Positions 18,722 through 28,059 are shown, counted from the first letter of the stretch. The stretch: 32,220 nt of DNA from Candidatus Shapirobacteria bacterium (GCA_028700345.1 JAQVSW010000002.1:1-32220), one strand, 5' to 3'. Notes: generated by a model from the letters alone, not told the origin. Program-made: numbers and translations.

Positions 18722-18769
18722 ATGATATCTGCAATTGTGATTTCAAAACATCACCATACCACCAATTAA
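18722..18769 (+). CDS. candidate leader peptide MISAIVISKHHHTTN (three consecutive His codons)
   Basis: ATG lies 7 nt after the -10 element, so the mRNA may be leaderless; there is no SD. CAT CAC CAT at 18749-18757, TAA at 18767-18769, followed by mutually exclusive hairpins and a terminator. Confidence 0.35.
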   Translation: MISAIVISKHHHTTN

Positions 18770-18800
18770 TTTGGCGGTAATTGCTATATCATCCACAAGC

Positions 18801-18825
18801 ACCCGCCAAGAGCGGGTCTTTTTTT
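18801..18825 (+). terminator. intrinsic terminator located between the promoter and tRNA-His
   Basis: ACCCGC (18801-18806), loop caaga, GCGGGT (18812-18817), then C + T7 (18819-18825). It ends 5 nt before the tRNA. Confidence 0.65.
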
Positions 18826-18829
18826 ACAT

Positions 18830-18907
18830 GGTGGGATTAGCTCAATTGGTTAGAGCGTCTGCCTGTGGAGCAGAAGGTTGCCGGTTCAAGTCCGGTATCT
18901 CACCCCA
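18830..18907 (+). tRNA. tRNA-His (anticodon GTG) with encoded G-1 and CCA
   Basis: G-1/GTGGGAT/TA/GCTC-AATTGGTTA-GAGC/G/TCTGC-CTGTGGA-GCAGA/AGGTT/GCCGG-TTCAAGT-CCGGT/ATCTCAC/C73/CCA. The G-1:C73 pair is the HisRS identity element. Confidence 0.95.
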
Positions 18908-19005
18908 TGATCTATTTAAAACTTAATTTAATACACCATAGCCACACCGTGGTCACCAACCGGCGGGGTGTTGTCTTGGCCTAATAATACTTTTTGAAAA
19001 AATAT

Positions 19006-19035
19006 AAAATCCCCGTAAATTCGGGGATTTTTTTA
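19006..19035 (+). terminator. intrinsic terminator downstream of tRNA-His, upstream of the M20/hisS genes
   Basis: AAAATCCCCG (19006-19015), loop taaatt, CGGGGATTTT (19022-19031), T-run to 19034. Confidence 0.75.
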
Positions 19036-19063
19036 TCCCTATTTATAATTTACTAATAAAAAC

Positions 19064-20143
19064 ATGACCAAAATATTAGAATTAACCAAAAAACTAGTCT
19101 CCATCCCCTCCTGGGTTGATGAGCAAACTAACGAGTCAAAAATTGGTGAATATATTTTTAAATATCTAAAAAATAACACTAATCTTAGAATAGAAAAAGA
19201 AATGGTAACCAATGGCCGTTTTAATGTTTTAGCCATAAAAGGCAAGAATATTAAAACATTAGTTATGGGTCACATTGACACTGTCGGTATCAACAATAAT
19301 TGGGAAACAGATCCCACAACTTGTACCATCAAAAACGGTAAATTATTTGGTCGTGGCACCACCGATATGAAAAGCGGTATAGCCGCCATGATGCTTGTCG
19401 CTACCAACAAAAATCTACCAAATAATATTGGCTTTCTCTTCTATGTTGATGAAGAATATAATTTTAGTGGTATCAAAAAATTTATTGCCGATTTTGGCAC
19501 TAAAATCAAACCAAAGTCAATTATTTCTTTAGATGGTTCTAAGCTTGAAATAGCTAACGGCTGCCGCGGTCTAATAGAAATTTCAGCTACAGTTAAAGGC
19601 ATTAGTTGTCATGCTGCTACACCTGAAAATGGCATCAATGCCATTGAAGTTACTACTAGATCTGTGAGTAAATTAAAAAGATATCTGTCTCGATTTGTCG
19701 ATCCAGAGCTTGGCACCACCTCTGTCAACTTAGCTTCGATTGAGGGTCGTGGCAGTGCATCCAATGTCGTTCCCGACAACTGCTGTTTTGTTTTGGACAT
19801 TCGTCCCTCATCGTCACAAATTAACGCCAATTTAATTCTCAACAAGTTGAATAAATATGTCATTAAAATGGGTGGTAAATTGATTAATTCAAAAATTAAA
19901 TTCGATTTTAGTTCTTGGCTTACTCCCAAATCAAAACTTAAAAAACTTAGTCTAAATTTTAAAAATATCAGCACCTCAGGCTATATGGACACTCAGATGC
20001 TTTGGCAGATTTTTGACTATCCAAGCTGTTTAACCATTGGAGCTGGAGAACAAAAAACAGCGCACGCTTCGAATGAATATGTTGAAATAAAGAAATTGGA
20101 AAAATTACCAAAAATTCTTTTTGACATAATTCAAAAAATTTAA
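19064..20143 (+). CDS. M20-family metallopeptidase (ArgE/DapE/dipeptidase-like)
   Basis: LVSIPSW..., GHIDTVG, GRGTTDMKSGIAAM, YVDEEY: metal-binding and catalytic motifs of peptidase family M20. Substrate cannot be assigned. Confidence 0.8.
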   Translation: MTKILELTKKLVSIPSWVDEQTNESKIGEYIFKYLKNNTNLRIEKEMVTNGRFNVLAIKGKNIKTLVMGHIDTVGINNNWETDPTTCTIKNGKLFGRGTTDMKSGIAAMMLVATNKNLPNNIGFLFYVDEEYNFSGIKKFIADFGTKIKPKSIISLDGSKLEIANGCRGLIEISATVKGISCHAATPENGINAIEVTTRSVSKLKRYLSRFVDPELGTTSVNLASIEGRGSASNVVPDNCCFVLDIRPSSSQINANLILNKLNKYVIKMGGKLINSKIKFDFSSWLTPKSKLKKLSLNFKNISTSGYMDTQMLWQIFDYPSCLTIGAGEQKTAHASNEYVEIKKLEKLPKILFDIIQKI

Positions 20144-20170
20144 TTATTCTTACAATGTTAAAATCAATCT

Positions 20171-21418
20171 ATGAATAACAATAAAACACAAACATTAAAA
20201 GGTTTTCGGGATTTTTTGCCCGAGACCATGGCCGTTCGCAATTATGTCAAAAATCTCTTTATTGAGACTTTTGAAACTTTCGGTTTCGAACCTCTCGAAA
20301 CCCCAGCTCTTGAATACTCATCAGTTTTAAAAGGTAAATACAACAACGAAACAGATGAAAAATTAGGCTATTTCTTTAAAGATAATGGTGATCGTGAAAT
20401 TGGCCTACGTTACGACTTAACCGTCCCCACAGCTAAAGTTTTAGCAATCTATGGTCCTCAAATTCCGCTACCCTTCAAACGCTATCAAATTCAACCAGTT
20501 TGGCGTGCCGATAATACTCAAAAGGGTCGCTATCGCGAATTTATTCAATGTGACATTGACACTTTTGGTACCAATTCTCCAACTACCGACGCTGAAATAA
20601 TTTCTATTATTTACACTGCAACACAAAAATTAAATTTTAAAGAATTTACTATTCGAATTAACAGTCGTTCTGTATTATTAGATCTTCTAGCCCAAAGTGG
20701 TATTATCGAAAATCAAAATTCGGCTCTCCAAAGTCTCGATAAATTCCAAAAGATAGGTGAAGAAGGAGTTAAAAAAGAACTCATTAATAAAGATTTCACT
20801 CAGGCTCAAATTGATTCGCTATTTAAATACATCAAAGAGGCTAAAGCAGACGAAAGACTAAAAGCTGTATTTACCGCTATTAAAACTTTTGGTGTGCCAG
20901 AAGAATTCTATGTTTTCGATCCTACTCTTGTCCGAGGTTGTGATTATTATACTGGCACTATTTTTGAAACAACCGTTAAAGAACCAAAAATAGGATCTAT
21001 CGGCGGTGGTGGACGTTACGACAAATTAATAGAAACGCTTGGTGGCCCGGATATCCCTGCCGTTGGCTATAGTTTTGGCCTAGAACCAATTATTGATTGC
21101 ATTAATGAACTCAACTTATTACCTAATTTACCCAAAACTAAGACCAAAATTATGGTTGCTAATTTTGGTGAAAAAACCTTAAATAAATCATTAGAGCTCA
21201 CTTCTCTTCTCCGTCAAAACAATGTTCCGACTATTTTTTATCCAGATAGTGACAAAATTGGCAAACAGTTTAAGTATGCTTCCTCCAAAAATATTCCCTT
21301 TGTCGCTCTTATCGGCGAGGATGAGTTAATCAAAAACATCGTCACCATCAAAAATATGTCTACGAGTGAGCAAAAAACTATTTCCCAAAACGAAATCGTA
21401 GATTTTATGTTAAAATAA
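20171..21418 (+). CDS. hisS: histidine--tRNA ligase
   Basis: [57 protein letters not shown]: class II HisRS motifs. 415 aa. Confidence 0.93.
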   Translation: MNNNKTQTLKGFRDFLPETMAVRNYVKNLFIETFETFGFEPLETPALEYSSVLKGKYNNETDEKLGYFFKDNGDREIGLRYDLTVPTAKVLAIYGPQIPLPFKRYQIQPVWRADNTQKGRYREFIQCDIDTFGTNSPTTDAEIISIIYTATQKLNFKEFTIRINSRSVLLDLLAQSGIIENQNSALQSLDKFQKIGEEGVKKELINKDFTQAQIDSLFKYIKEAKADERLKAVFTAIKTFGVPEEFYVFDPTLVRGCDYYTGTIFETTVKEPKIGSIGGGGRYDKLIETLGGPDIPAVGYSFGLEPIIDCINELNLLPNLPKTKTKIMVANFGEKTLNKSLELTSLLRQNNVPTIFYPDSDKIGKQFKYASSKNIPFVALIGEDELIKNIVTIKNMSTSEQKTISQNEIVDFMLK

Positions 21419-21423
21419 ACCCT

Positions 21424-21690
21424 ATGAAACAAGGAATTCATCCCACTTACCACTCTGATTGTCAGGTTACCTGTGCCTGTGGCAACAAATTTACTACCGG
21501 CTCTACTCTTCCTAAAATCGAGGTCGAAGTTTGTAGCAAATGTCATCCCTTCTTTACCGGTCAACACAAATTTGTTGATATCAAGGGTAGAATTGATAAA
21601 TTTAAAGAAAAACAAGCTCAGGGAGTCGCCTACAAAGCCAAAAAAGACGCTAAAACCGCTAAAAAGACCAAAGATAAAAAAAATAATTAG
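21424..21690 (+). CDS. rpmE: 50S ribosomal protein L31 with Lys-rich C-terminal extension
   Basis: [10 protein letters not shown]...CACGNKF...[12 protein letters not shown]. Confidence 0.9.
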   Translation: MKQGIHPTYHSDCQVTCACGNKFTTGSTLPKIEVEVCSKCHPFFTGQHKFVDIKGRIDKFKEKQAQGVAYKAKKDAKTAKKTKDKKNN

Positions 21691-21697
21691 CTATTTC

Positions 21698-21737
21698 AAA
21701 CCGTCTGACTATAATTAAATTATATTTAGGCGGTTTT
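21698..21737 (+). terminator. probable terminator after rpmE
   Basis: AACCGTCT (21699-21706) pairs with AGGCGGTT (21728-21735), including one G.U. The loop holds an AT-rich internal palindrome. Only a short T-run follows. Confidence 0.4.
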
Positions 21738-21782
21738 ATATTTACCAATTACTATTAAACTAATAAACTATTTATCTAAATA

Positions 21783-22520
21783 ATGCCAACTATTAATCCC
21801 AATATTGCCATTCTCGAGTTTAGGCCAGGTCCAGGTGGTCAGGAATCAGCCCTCTGGATGGGTGATTTAATGCGCATGTACATTCGCTACTCAGAAAAAA
21901 TTAGCTGGAAGGTCAACTACCTCGACAATGATATTTTAAAGATAAGTGGCCTTGACGCCTTTAATCAGCTTAAATGGGAAACCGGCACTCATCGAGTTCA
22001 ACGTATTCCCATTACTGAAAAACACGGTCGTATCCAAACTTCAACAGCTGCTGTCGCAGTTTATCCTCAAATAACCACCAGTGATATCATCATTAATCCT
22101 GATGATATCGAAATGACCGCCTCTCGTGCCGGCGGCAATGGTGGTCAAAATGTCAACAAAGTCTCGACCGCCGTTCGAATTCTCCACAAACCCACCGGCC
22201 TCACTTTTTCCGTCCGTCAAGAACGCTCTCAAGAGCAAAATCGGGCTATTGCCATGGATTTACTCAAAGCCAAATTATGGCAGCTTGAAGAAGATAGAAA
22301 AACAGAAAAACTCGGAACCACCAGAGAAAAAGTTGGGCTCGCTATGCGGGCTGATAAAATTCGGACCTACAACTACGCTCGAAATCAAATCAAGGACCAT
22401 CGTCTTGAAAAAGATTTTAATTTAACTAAATGTCTAAACGGTGATCTTTACGATCTTCTTCTTGAATTAACTATCTTAGACGAACCTATCTCTAATTCTT
22501 CTTCTCCAAAACAACCTTAA
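21783..22520 (+). CDS. prfA: peptide chain release factor 1-like protein lacking the N-terminal domain 1
   Basis: [18 protein letters not shown] (a PxT-type tripeptide, here PIT, as in RF1) and [25 protein letters not shown] (GGQ). Only 245 aa. Confidence 0.8.
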   Translation: MPTINPNIAILEFRPGPGGQESALWMGDLMRMYIRYSEKISWKVNYLDNDILKISGLDAFNQLKWETGTHRVQRIPITEKHGRIQTSTAAVAVYPQITTSDIIINPDDIEMTASRAGGNGGQNVNKVSTAVRILHKPTGLTFSVRQERSQEQNRAIAMDLLKAKLWQLEEDRKTEKLGTTREKVGLAMRADKIRTYNYARNQIKDHRLEKDFNLTKCLNGDLYDLLLELTILDEPISNSSSPKQP

Positions 22521-23622
22521 CTTCCATTTCTTTTTTATCTCTCCAGATTTTTAAATCGATACTCTCCCCTATTTTCTTTTTATTAACATAAGTAGCCAGA
22601 ACTATATTTTCTTTAATAATATTTTTTCCATCAACCTCAAAAATAATATCTCCAATTTTAATATCCGCTTTCTCAGCTGGACTTCCGCTAACAATTCCCT
22701 GAACATAAACTCCAGCCGGCACTTCATTTAATAGTGCAGACTCCTTGGTTATCATGGCATAGGTTACTCCGAGGTACGGTCTCTCAAATTGTCCCGTGCT
22801 ATTAAATATCTCGATTGATTCTTTAACAATATTTATCGGTAGAGCAAAACCAATACTCTGAGCCGCCTGTGATACTGCCACATTGACTCCAATCACTTCA
22901 CCAATTGAATTTAAAAGTGGACCCCCTGAATTACCTGGATTAATCGCCGCATCAGTCTGAATTACATTATCCAGTTTTTCTGAGCCAAGAAGTCCACTCG
23001 AAGCCACAATCCCTCTCCCTAGACCAGAAATCACTCCCTTAGTCACTGTAGAACGAAATTCACCCAGAGCTGTTCCAATAGCAATTACCGTTTGCCCCAC
23101 CTTTAATTTATCTGAATCTCCCAGCTTTACCGGAGTTAAGTCACTTTTATTAATCTTTAGAATAGCCAGATCATTAATTGGATCACGGTAAATATTAACC
23201 ACTTCAATTTCTTCATCTTTGCCAATAATTATTTTGTATTTTGCCTCACTGTCAGATACTACATGCTTATTAGTAACTACAAGACCATCTTTACTAATAA
23301 TAAATCCAGTGCCAATATCTTGTTCAATTTGCTTTGTTTCTGAATTTTGCCGAGGAATATTAAAAAAATCACCAAAAATATCAAAACTAAAGGGAAAAGC
23401 ATTTATCACCTGAGTTTTACTAATCGATACCGTTACTACACTCGGAGTTGCCTCTTCTACTACCTTTGTTACCACTGATTCTTCGTCAAGAATCGTCTGA
23501 CTATTTTTTATTTGAACATTTCCTTCTTTTAAAATCGACCATCTCCCAACGCTAAAAGCTCCCATCAGGATTATCCCTATTCCAATTCCCATCAGCAAAA
23601 TTCTAAAGTTACTATTTTTCAT
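22492..23622 (-). CDS. HtrA/DegP-family serine protease with PDZ domain
   Basis: TM anchor, [25 protein letters not shown] and GNSGGPLLN (catalytic triad contexts), plus a C-terminal PDZ ([15 protein letters not shown]). Confidence 0.9.
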   Translation of the reverse strand: MKNSNFRILLMGIGIGIILMGAFSVGRWSILKEGNVQIKNSQTILDEESVVTKVVEEATPSVVTVSISKTQVINAFPFSFDIFGDFFNIPRQNSETKQIEQDIGTGFIISKDGLVVTNKHVVSDSEAKYKIIIGKDEEIEVVNIYRDPINDLAILKINKSDLTPVKLGDSDKLKVGQTVIAIGTALGEFRSTVTKGVISGLGRGIVASSGLLGSEKLDNVIQTDAAINPGNSGGPLLNSIGEVIGVNVAVSQAAQSIGFALPINIVKESIEIFNSTGQFERPYLGVTYAMITKESALLNEVPAGVYVQGIVSGSPAEKADIKIGDIIFEVDGKNIIKENIVLATYVNKKKIGESIDLKIWRDKKEMEVKVVLEKKN

Positions 23623-23644
23623 ATAATAATTATTATCTAAAAAT

Positions 23645-24865
23645 TTATTTTAATAATTCCATTACTGCCCTGTCAAGCTGATTATCTTCCTTATCTTTGT
23701 TTTCAATATTCCACTTCTCCTCGACATCAGGCAACACTCCATCACCGTGAATATTTTTTCCGTCAGGCAATAACCACTTAGCAATTGTTACATGTAAACC
23801 CGATCCATCAGCAAAATCAATCGGCGATTGAACTGTTCCTTTACCAAAACTTTTCATTCCCACTAGTTTTCCTCGACCATATCCCTTAATTGCCCCAGCC
23901 AAAATTTCTGCCGCCGATGCCGATCCCTCATTTATCAAAACCATTAGCTTATCATTTAATAAATTTCCCCGGCTCTTATCAACCATATATTTCTCTTCTT
24001 TGCCGTCTGACGACTTTTGAGTCACCACTACCCCTTCTTTTATAAAATCAGAGGCGACAAGGACACTGGCCTGTAGATAACCACCAGGATTATTTCTTAA
24101 ATCAAGAATTATTCCTCCGAAATTACTTCCTTGCGACTTTTTTTTACTTATTATATCTTCCACAGCCTTGGGCCAATCACTATATATCTGTTCACTAAAT
24201 TTATACAATTTTATCCAAATTATACTTTTACCTTCTTTTTTTATCCATTCTGTCTCCATACTGGCCACCACAATATTATCTCTAATCAGTTTTACCTCAA
24301 AAGTATCCTTCTCCCCCTCACGGTACAATTTCAGAGTTACCTCACTTCCCACTTTTCCTCTTATCAGCTCTACCGCCTCCTCCAAAGTAATCCCGGCGGT
24401 ATCTTTATCAACATTATTTTCTTTATCAATAATTTTCAAAATCAAATCTCCCGCTCTTACCCCTGCCCTGTCAGCCGGAGTCTTTGCCAGCGGCGCCATC
24501 ACCGCTAAACTTTTTTCTTTATATCCTAGTTGTATGCCCACTCCCCCAAATTCGCCGGCCAAATCAGCGTTAGAACTTTTATTTTCTTTTGGTGGCAAAA
24601 AGACCGTATATGGATCTCCGAGAGCTGATACCATCCCCGAAATTGCCCCATAAGTCATCTCTTCATCTTTTATCTTTTCTTTTTCTAAAAACTCTTCTTC
24701 AAGCTTATCTTTTACCTTCCACATCAAGGATAAATCTAAAGCTTCGGTCTTATAATTACTCCCCAAGGTCTCAAGACCCACTGTTTTCCCAACTTTAAAA
24801 CTAACAAGAGATACTACGGAAAATAAGGCTAAAAATAAAAAAATGTTTCTTATCTGTCTTTGCAT
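23645..24865 (-). CDS. S41-family carboxy-terminal processing protease (Ctp/Prc)
   Basis: FGGVGIQL, PDZ segment PADRAGVRAGDLILKI, ILDLRNNPGG, INEGSASAAEI, FGKGTVQ. Confidence 0.9.
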   Translation of the reverse strand: MQRQIRNIFLFLALFSVVSLVSFKVGKTVGLETLGSNYKTEALDLSLMWKVKDKLEEEFLEKEKIKDEEMTYGAISGMVSALGDPYTVFLPPKENKSSNADLAGEFGGVGIQLGYKEKSLAVMAPLAKTPADRAGVRAGDLILKIIDKENNVDKDTAGITLEEAVELIRGKVGSEVTLKLYREGEKDTFEVKLIRDNIVVASMETEWIKKEGKSIIWIKLYKFSEQIYSDWPKAVEDIISKKKSQGSNFGGIILDLRNNPGGYLQASVLVASDFIKEGVVVTQKSSDGKEEKYMVDKSRGNLLNDKLMVLINEGSASAAEILAGAIKGYGRGKLVGMKSFGKGTVQSPIDFADGSGLHVTIAKWLLPDGKNIHGDGVLPDVEEKWNIENKDKEDNQLDRAVMELLK

Positions 24866-24874
24866 TAATCTATT

Positions 24875-25102
24875 TTACCTCAACTTATCCCACTCGTCCT
24901 TGTTTACTTTTTTTACCGGAACCTCACTTTCATGACAAAGATCACTAATTTCTAAACATATTATTCCTTTAACCTCAATTACTTCCGCTTTAGTTAAAAT
25001 ACTCTCGTCAAGCTTACTTACTTTTATAAGCTTATCTTTTGCCTCATGAGTTAAATCAGACAATTTTTCAACTTTCTGTCGCCACAATTTTCCTTTTATC
25101 AT
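24875..25102 (-). CDS. hypothetical small protein
   Basis: 75-aa ORF filling the gap between rpsR and ctp. No family recognised. Confidence 0.4.
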   Translation of the reverse strand: MIKGKLWRQKVEKLSDLTHEAKDKLIKVSKLDESILTKAEVIEVKGIICLEISDLCHESEVPVKKVNKDEWDKLR

Positions 25103-25111
25103 GCTTCTATC

Positions 25112-25369
25112 TTACTCTTCAGTGGCACTGTATGGCAACAGACCCAGTTCTCTTGCCTCTTTAATGACCACAGATAGCTTTCTTTGGTGCTTCATACAGA
25201 CTCCGCTTGCCTGAGCCGACATAATTCGACATCGAGGCGTCAAATACTCTCTAAGCTTTTCAAAATCACGCCAGTTAGGATCTTTTTTACTTTTGCAAAA
25301 AAAACAATCTTTACCCCTGCCCTTAAGTCTGGTTAAACGATTTCGATCTTTTCTTTGTGTTTTTTTCAT
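25112..25369 (-). CDS. rpsR: 30S ribosomal protein S18
   Basis: CFFCKSK...DFEKLREYLTPRCRIMS...GVCMKHQRKLSVVIKEARELGLLPY. Lies in the rpsF-ssb-rpsR context. Confidence 0.9.
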   Translation of the reverse strand: MKKTQRKDRNRLTRLKGRGKDCFFCKSKKDPNWRDFEKLREYLTPRCRIMSAQASGVCMKHQRKLSVVIKEARELGLLPYSATEE

Positions 25370-25863
25370 TTTGTTTCTTCAACTGGTACTTCTGGAGTCT
25401 CCTCGCTCATTCCAATGTCATCAGGAATAACAATATCTTCTATAGCTCCATTATTTAAATCCATGGATTCTTCGGCAATATTAGCTTCACTAGGATTAGG
25501 GTGGGTGGCTGATTGCATCCCTACTCCCCTATTGTCGAGAATAATCATATCTTCAATTACTATTTCTGAAACTTGTTTTCTAACATTAGCCGCATCAGTA
25601 ATTTCCCGGTATTGAATTCTACCTTCAACATAAATTCTTCTCCCTTTGGCAAGCAGCTGAGAACAGAGCTCAGCCAGTTTATTCCAAGCAACAATTCGGT
25701 GAAATTGAGCATCTTCTTTTTTCTCACCTTGTTTTGTAATCCAAACCCGATTAGTAGCCAGACCAAAAGATACCACCGCCATTCCGGCAGGTGTATATCT
25801 AAGCTCTGGATCACGAGTTAAATTACCAATTAACATTACCTTATTTAGACATCGACTAGGCAT
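25366..25863 (-). CDS. ssb: single-stranded DNA-binding protein
   Basis: LNKVMLIGNLTRDPELRYTPAGMAVVSFGLATNR (OB fold). The acidic tail ends ...PEVPVEETK, not the canonical D-D-D-I/L-P-F tip. Confidence 0.9.
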   Translation of the reverse strand: MPSRCLNKVMLIGNLTRDPELRYTPAGMAVVSFGLATNRVWITKQGEKKEDAQFHRIVAWNKLAELCSQLLAKGRRIYVEGRIQYREITDAANVRKQVSEIVIEDMIILDNRGVGMQSATHPNPSEANIAEESMDLNNGAIEDIVIPDDIGMSEETPEVPVEETK

Positions 25864-25882
25864 TTTTTATCCCTCTTCTTCT

Positions 25883-26179
25883 TTAAATTTTTAATATTAA
25901 ATAACGAATAATATTCGTTTCCCGGTTTAAAAACAATTTAAATTCTTTGGATTTTATTGGCTTATTTCCTCCAATCGTAAAAACCCAAAAATCACCTTTT
26001 TCCTGATCCTTTATTTTATAGCTCAAAACTTTACTGCCCATATCTTCGCGATTTTCCACTTTAAAATCCAATCCTAAAATTTTGTCTTCAATTTGCTTGA
26101 TGCTTTTTTCTTTTTCTTTTGACTCGGCTTTAGGGTTTAAAACCACAATCACCTCGTACTTATAATTGCTCTCTTTCAT
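25883..26179 (-). CDS. rpsF: 30S ribosomal protein S6
   Basis: YEVIVVLNP start, LSYKIKDQEKGDFWVF, and operon context upstream of ssb-rpsR. Confidence 0.8.
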   Translation of the reverse strand: MKESNYKYEVIVVLNPKAESKEKEKSIKQIEDKILGLDFKVENREDMGSKVLSYKIKDQEKGDFWVFTIGGNKPIKSKEFKLFLNRETNIIRYLILKI

Positions 26180-26185
26180 CGAAGT

Positions 26186-27565
26186 TTAGCTTAACATGAT
26201 TCTTTTAATTTTACAATCATCTTTTGTATCTTCCACTAAATATCCTTTTTCTTTGATTAAATCTCTCAATCTATCCGCCTCAACCCAGTTTTTATTAATC
26301 TTGGCTTCCGTCCTCTTTTGGACCAAATCCTTAATCTCCTCAGGAATTTCCTCTTCAAGAATATCTTTATCAAAACTTAATCCAAGTACTTTATCAAAAT
26401 CAAGTAAAGTCGCTTTTTTATCCGCCAAATCTAAATCTGATTTAACCATTTTCCAGACCACAGCCAAAGCCTCTGGCATAGCTAAATCATCACTTATTTT
26501 TTCTATAAATTTACTTTTCCATTTCTCACTTACTTTTCCCTTTTTTTGATCTTCATTTATTATCTCTCTTAATTTATTTAAAGCTGTCTCAGCTGCTCGA
26601 AGTGATTCTAAGGAAAAAACTAAACCATTTCTATAATGAGAGCTTAATACTAAATATCGATAAGATAACGGATCATAACCCATTTCTTCTAGTTGTTTCA
26701 ATGTATATACATTTCCCAAACTCTTACTCATTTTTCCTTTTTTTAAAGTCAACCAAGCATTATGCATCCAATAGTTGGCCGTCTGATGACCAAAAGCAGC
26801 ATATCCCTGGGCAATTTCGTTTGTATGATGTACCCCTATGTGCTCAATTCCACCCGTATGAATATCAAATTTTTCTCCTAAATATTTTGTCGACATCGCC
26901 GTACACTCAGCGTGCCAGCCCGGAAAACCTTCACCCCATGGACTGGGCCATTTCATAATATGATTCGGTTGATTAGTCACCCAAAGTAAAAAATCCCAAG
27001 GCTGCTTTTTTTCCTGGTCCACCTCTACTCTAGATCCACTATTCATTTCCTCTAATTTTAAATTTGCAAATTTAGCGTAATCTTTATATTTTGCCGTATC
27101 ATAAACTAAACCAGTTTTTGTCTGATAAGCAAATCCATTTTTTTCTATTTTTTTAGCCAGTTCAATTTGCTCCGGAATATGTTCAGTCGCTTTTGGAGAT
27201 ATGTCTGGTCTTATGTTAAGTAATTTCAGACTATCTCGATACTGCTCCTCATATTTTCGAGCAATTTCCCAGACTGTTAAATCTTCTCTCTTCGCCCCCT
27301 TTTCCATTTTATCTTCACCTTCATCTGCATCTGAAGTATTATGTCCAACATCCGTTATATTTACCACCCAAGTAACTTGGTAACCTAAATATCTCAAAGT
27401 TCTAACTAAGATATCCCAAATCGTAAAAGCATACATATTACCTATGTGTTGATTCCAATACACCGTTGGACCGCAAGAATATATTCCCACTTTTCCAGGA
27501 ATAATCGGTTTAAATTCTTCTTTTTTTCTCTTTACTGTATTATAAAAATAAACTTTTTTATCCAT
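26186..27565 (-). CDS. cysS: cysteine--tRNA ligase
   Basis: YSCGPTVYWNQHIGN (HIGH region), HAECTAM, KMSKSLGN. 459 aa. Confidence 0.95.
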   Translation of the reverse strand: MDKKVYFYNTVKRKKEEFKPIIPGKVGIYSCGPTVYWNQHIGNMYAFTIWDILVRTLRYLGYQVTWVVNITDVGHNTSDADEGEDKMEKGAKREDLTVWEIARKYEEQYRDSLKLLNIRPDISPKATEHIPEQIELAKKIEKNGFAYQTKTGLVYDTAKYKDYAKFANLKLEEMNSGSRVEVDQEKKQPWDFLLWVTNQPNHIMKWPSPWGEGFPGWHAECTAMSTKYLGEKFDIHTGGIEHIGVHHTNEIAQGYAAFGHQTANYWMHNAWLTLKKGKMSKSLGNVYTLKQLEEMGYDPLSYRYLVLSSHYRNGLVFSLESLRAAETALNKLREIINEDQKKGKVSEKWKSKFIEKISDDLAMPEALAVVWKMVKSDLDLADKKATLLDFDKVLGLSFDKDILEEEIPEEIKDLVQKRTEAKINKNWVEADRLRDLIKEKGYLVEDTKDDCKIKRIMLS

Positions 27566-27567
27566 CT

Positions 27568-28059
27568 TTAGTCAATTTTACCACCCTTAAACTCACTTGT
27601 TTGCGACATTTGGCTGGCATCAGGTTGCTGTTTCTTTCTTTTTCCTGGAGTAAATTGAGTCTTTGCCGCTTCTCTTTTTACGTTTCCCGGCATATCAACC
27701 AAATTTTCTCTCTCTCTTTCCTCTATTTCTCTTTGTACTCTAATTTTTTCTAAAAATTCCTTCTCTTTATCTTCTTCACTATTTTCCTTTTCAACTACTA
27801 TCTCTTTAATCTCCGCCTCCACATTTCTTCCCGGAATATTTTTTATTTTTTCTAATTCTTCTTGTTTTTTTCTTTCATCTTCAGCCCTAGCTTTGGCCAT
27901 TTCTTCTTCACTCATCGGCCTGGCATTACCCACCAGTTCTTGTCCCGTAATAATAGTATTAAGCACCTCAGTTGCTTGCTTTGTTCCCTCTTTAATTGTT
28001 TCTACTCCGATCTCCCCCACTCCCTTCAATACTTTTTTAGGAATATTATTATCATCCAT
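27568..28059 (-). CDS. hypothetical E/K-rich (coiled-coil) protein
   Basis: 163-aa ORF, highly charged and low-complexity in the middle, tightly abutting cysS. Confidence 0.45.
   Translation of the reverse strand: MDDNNIPKKVLKGVGEIGVETIKEGTKQATEVLNTIITGQELVGNARPMSEEEMAKARAEDERKKQEELEKIKNIPGRNVEAEIKEIVVEKENSEEDKEKEFLEKIRVQREIEERERENLVDMPGNVKREAAKTQFTPGKRKKQQPDASQMSQTSEFKGGKID

Noticed and set aside
18722-18830. T-box riboswitch for His, since AATTTGGCGGTAATTGC loosely resembles the T-box sequence and CAC/CAT codons are present
   Set aside because: Only about 100 nt lie between promoter and terminator. There is no Stem I, specifier loop or K-turn, and the UGGN would not pair with the C73 discriminator. 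Peptide-mediated attenuation fits better.
20121-20156. Independent promoter for hisS (TTGACA ... TACAAT)
   Set aside because: The hexamers are separated by 24 nt, far from the 16-18 nt optimum. This is not convincing, although a weak internal promoter cannot be excluded.
24131-24653. Antisense or overlapping ORFs listed in the track. Examples: 24131-24508, 24168-24653, 4502-4771, 7149-7439, 11691-11900, 14249-14788, 14939-15286, 16516-16794, 19609-19974, 21238-21615, 22126-22425, 25573-25821, 26196-26549, 29661-30002
   Set aside because: All lie inside well-supported genes on the opposite strand or in another frame. They have low-complexity, biased composition and no start signals, so they are treated as spurious.
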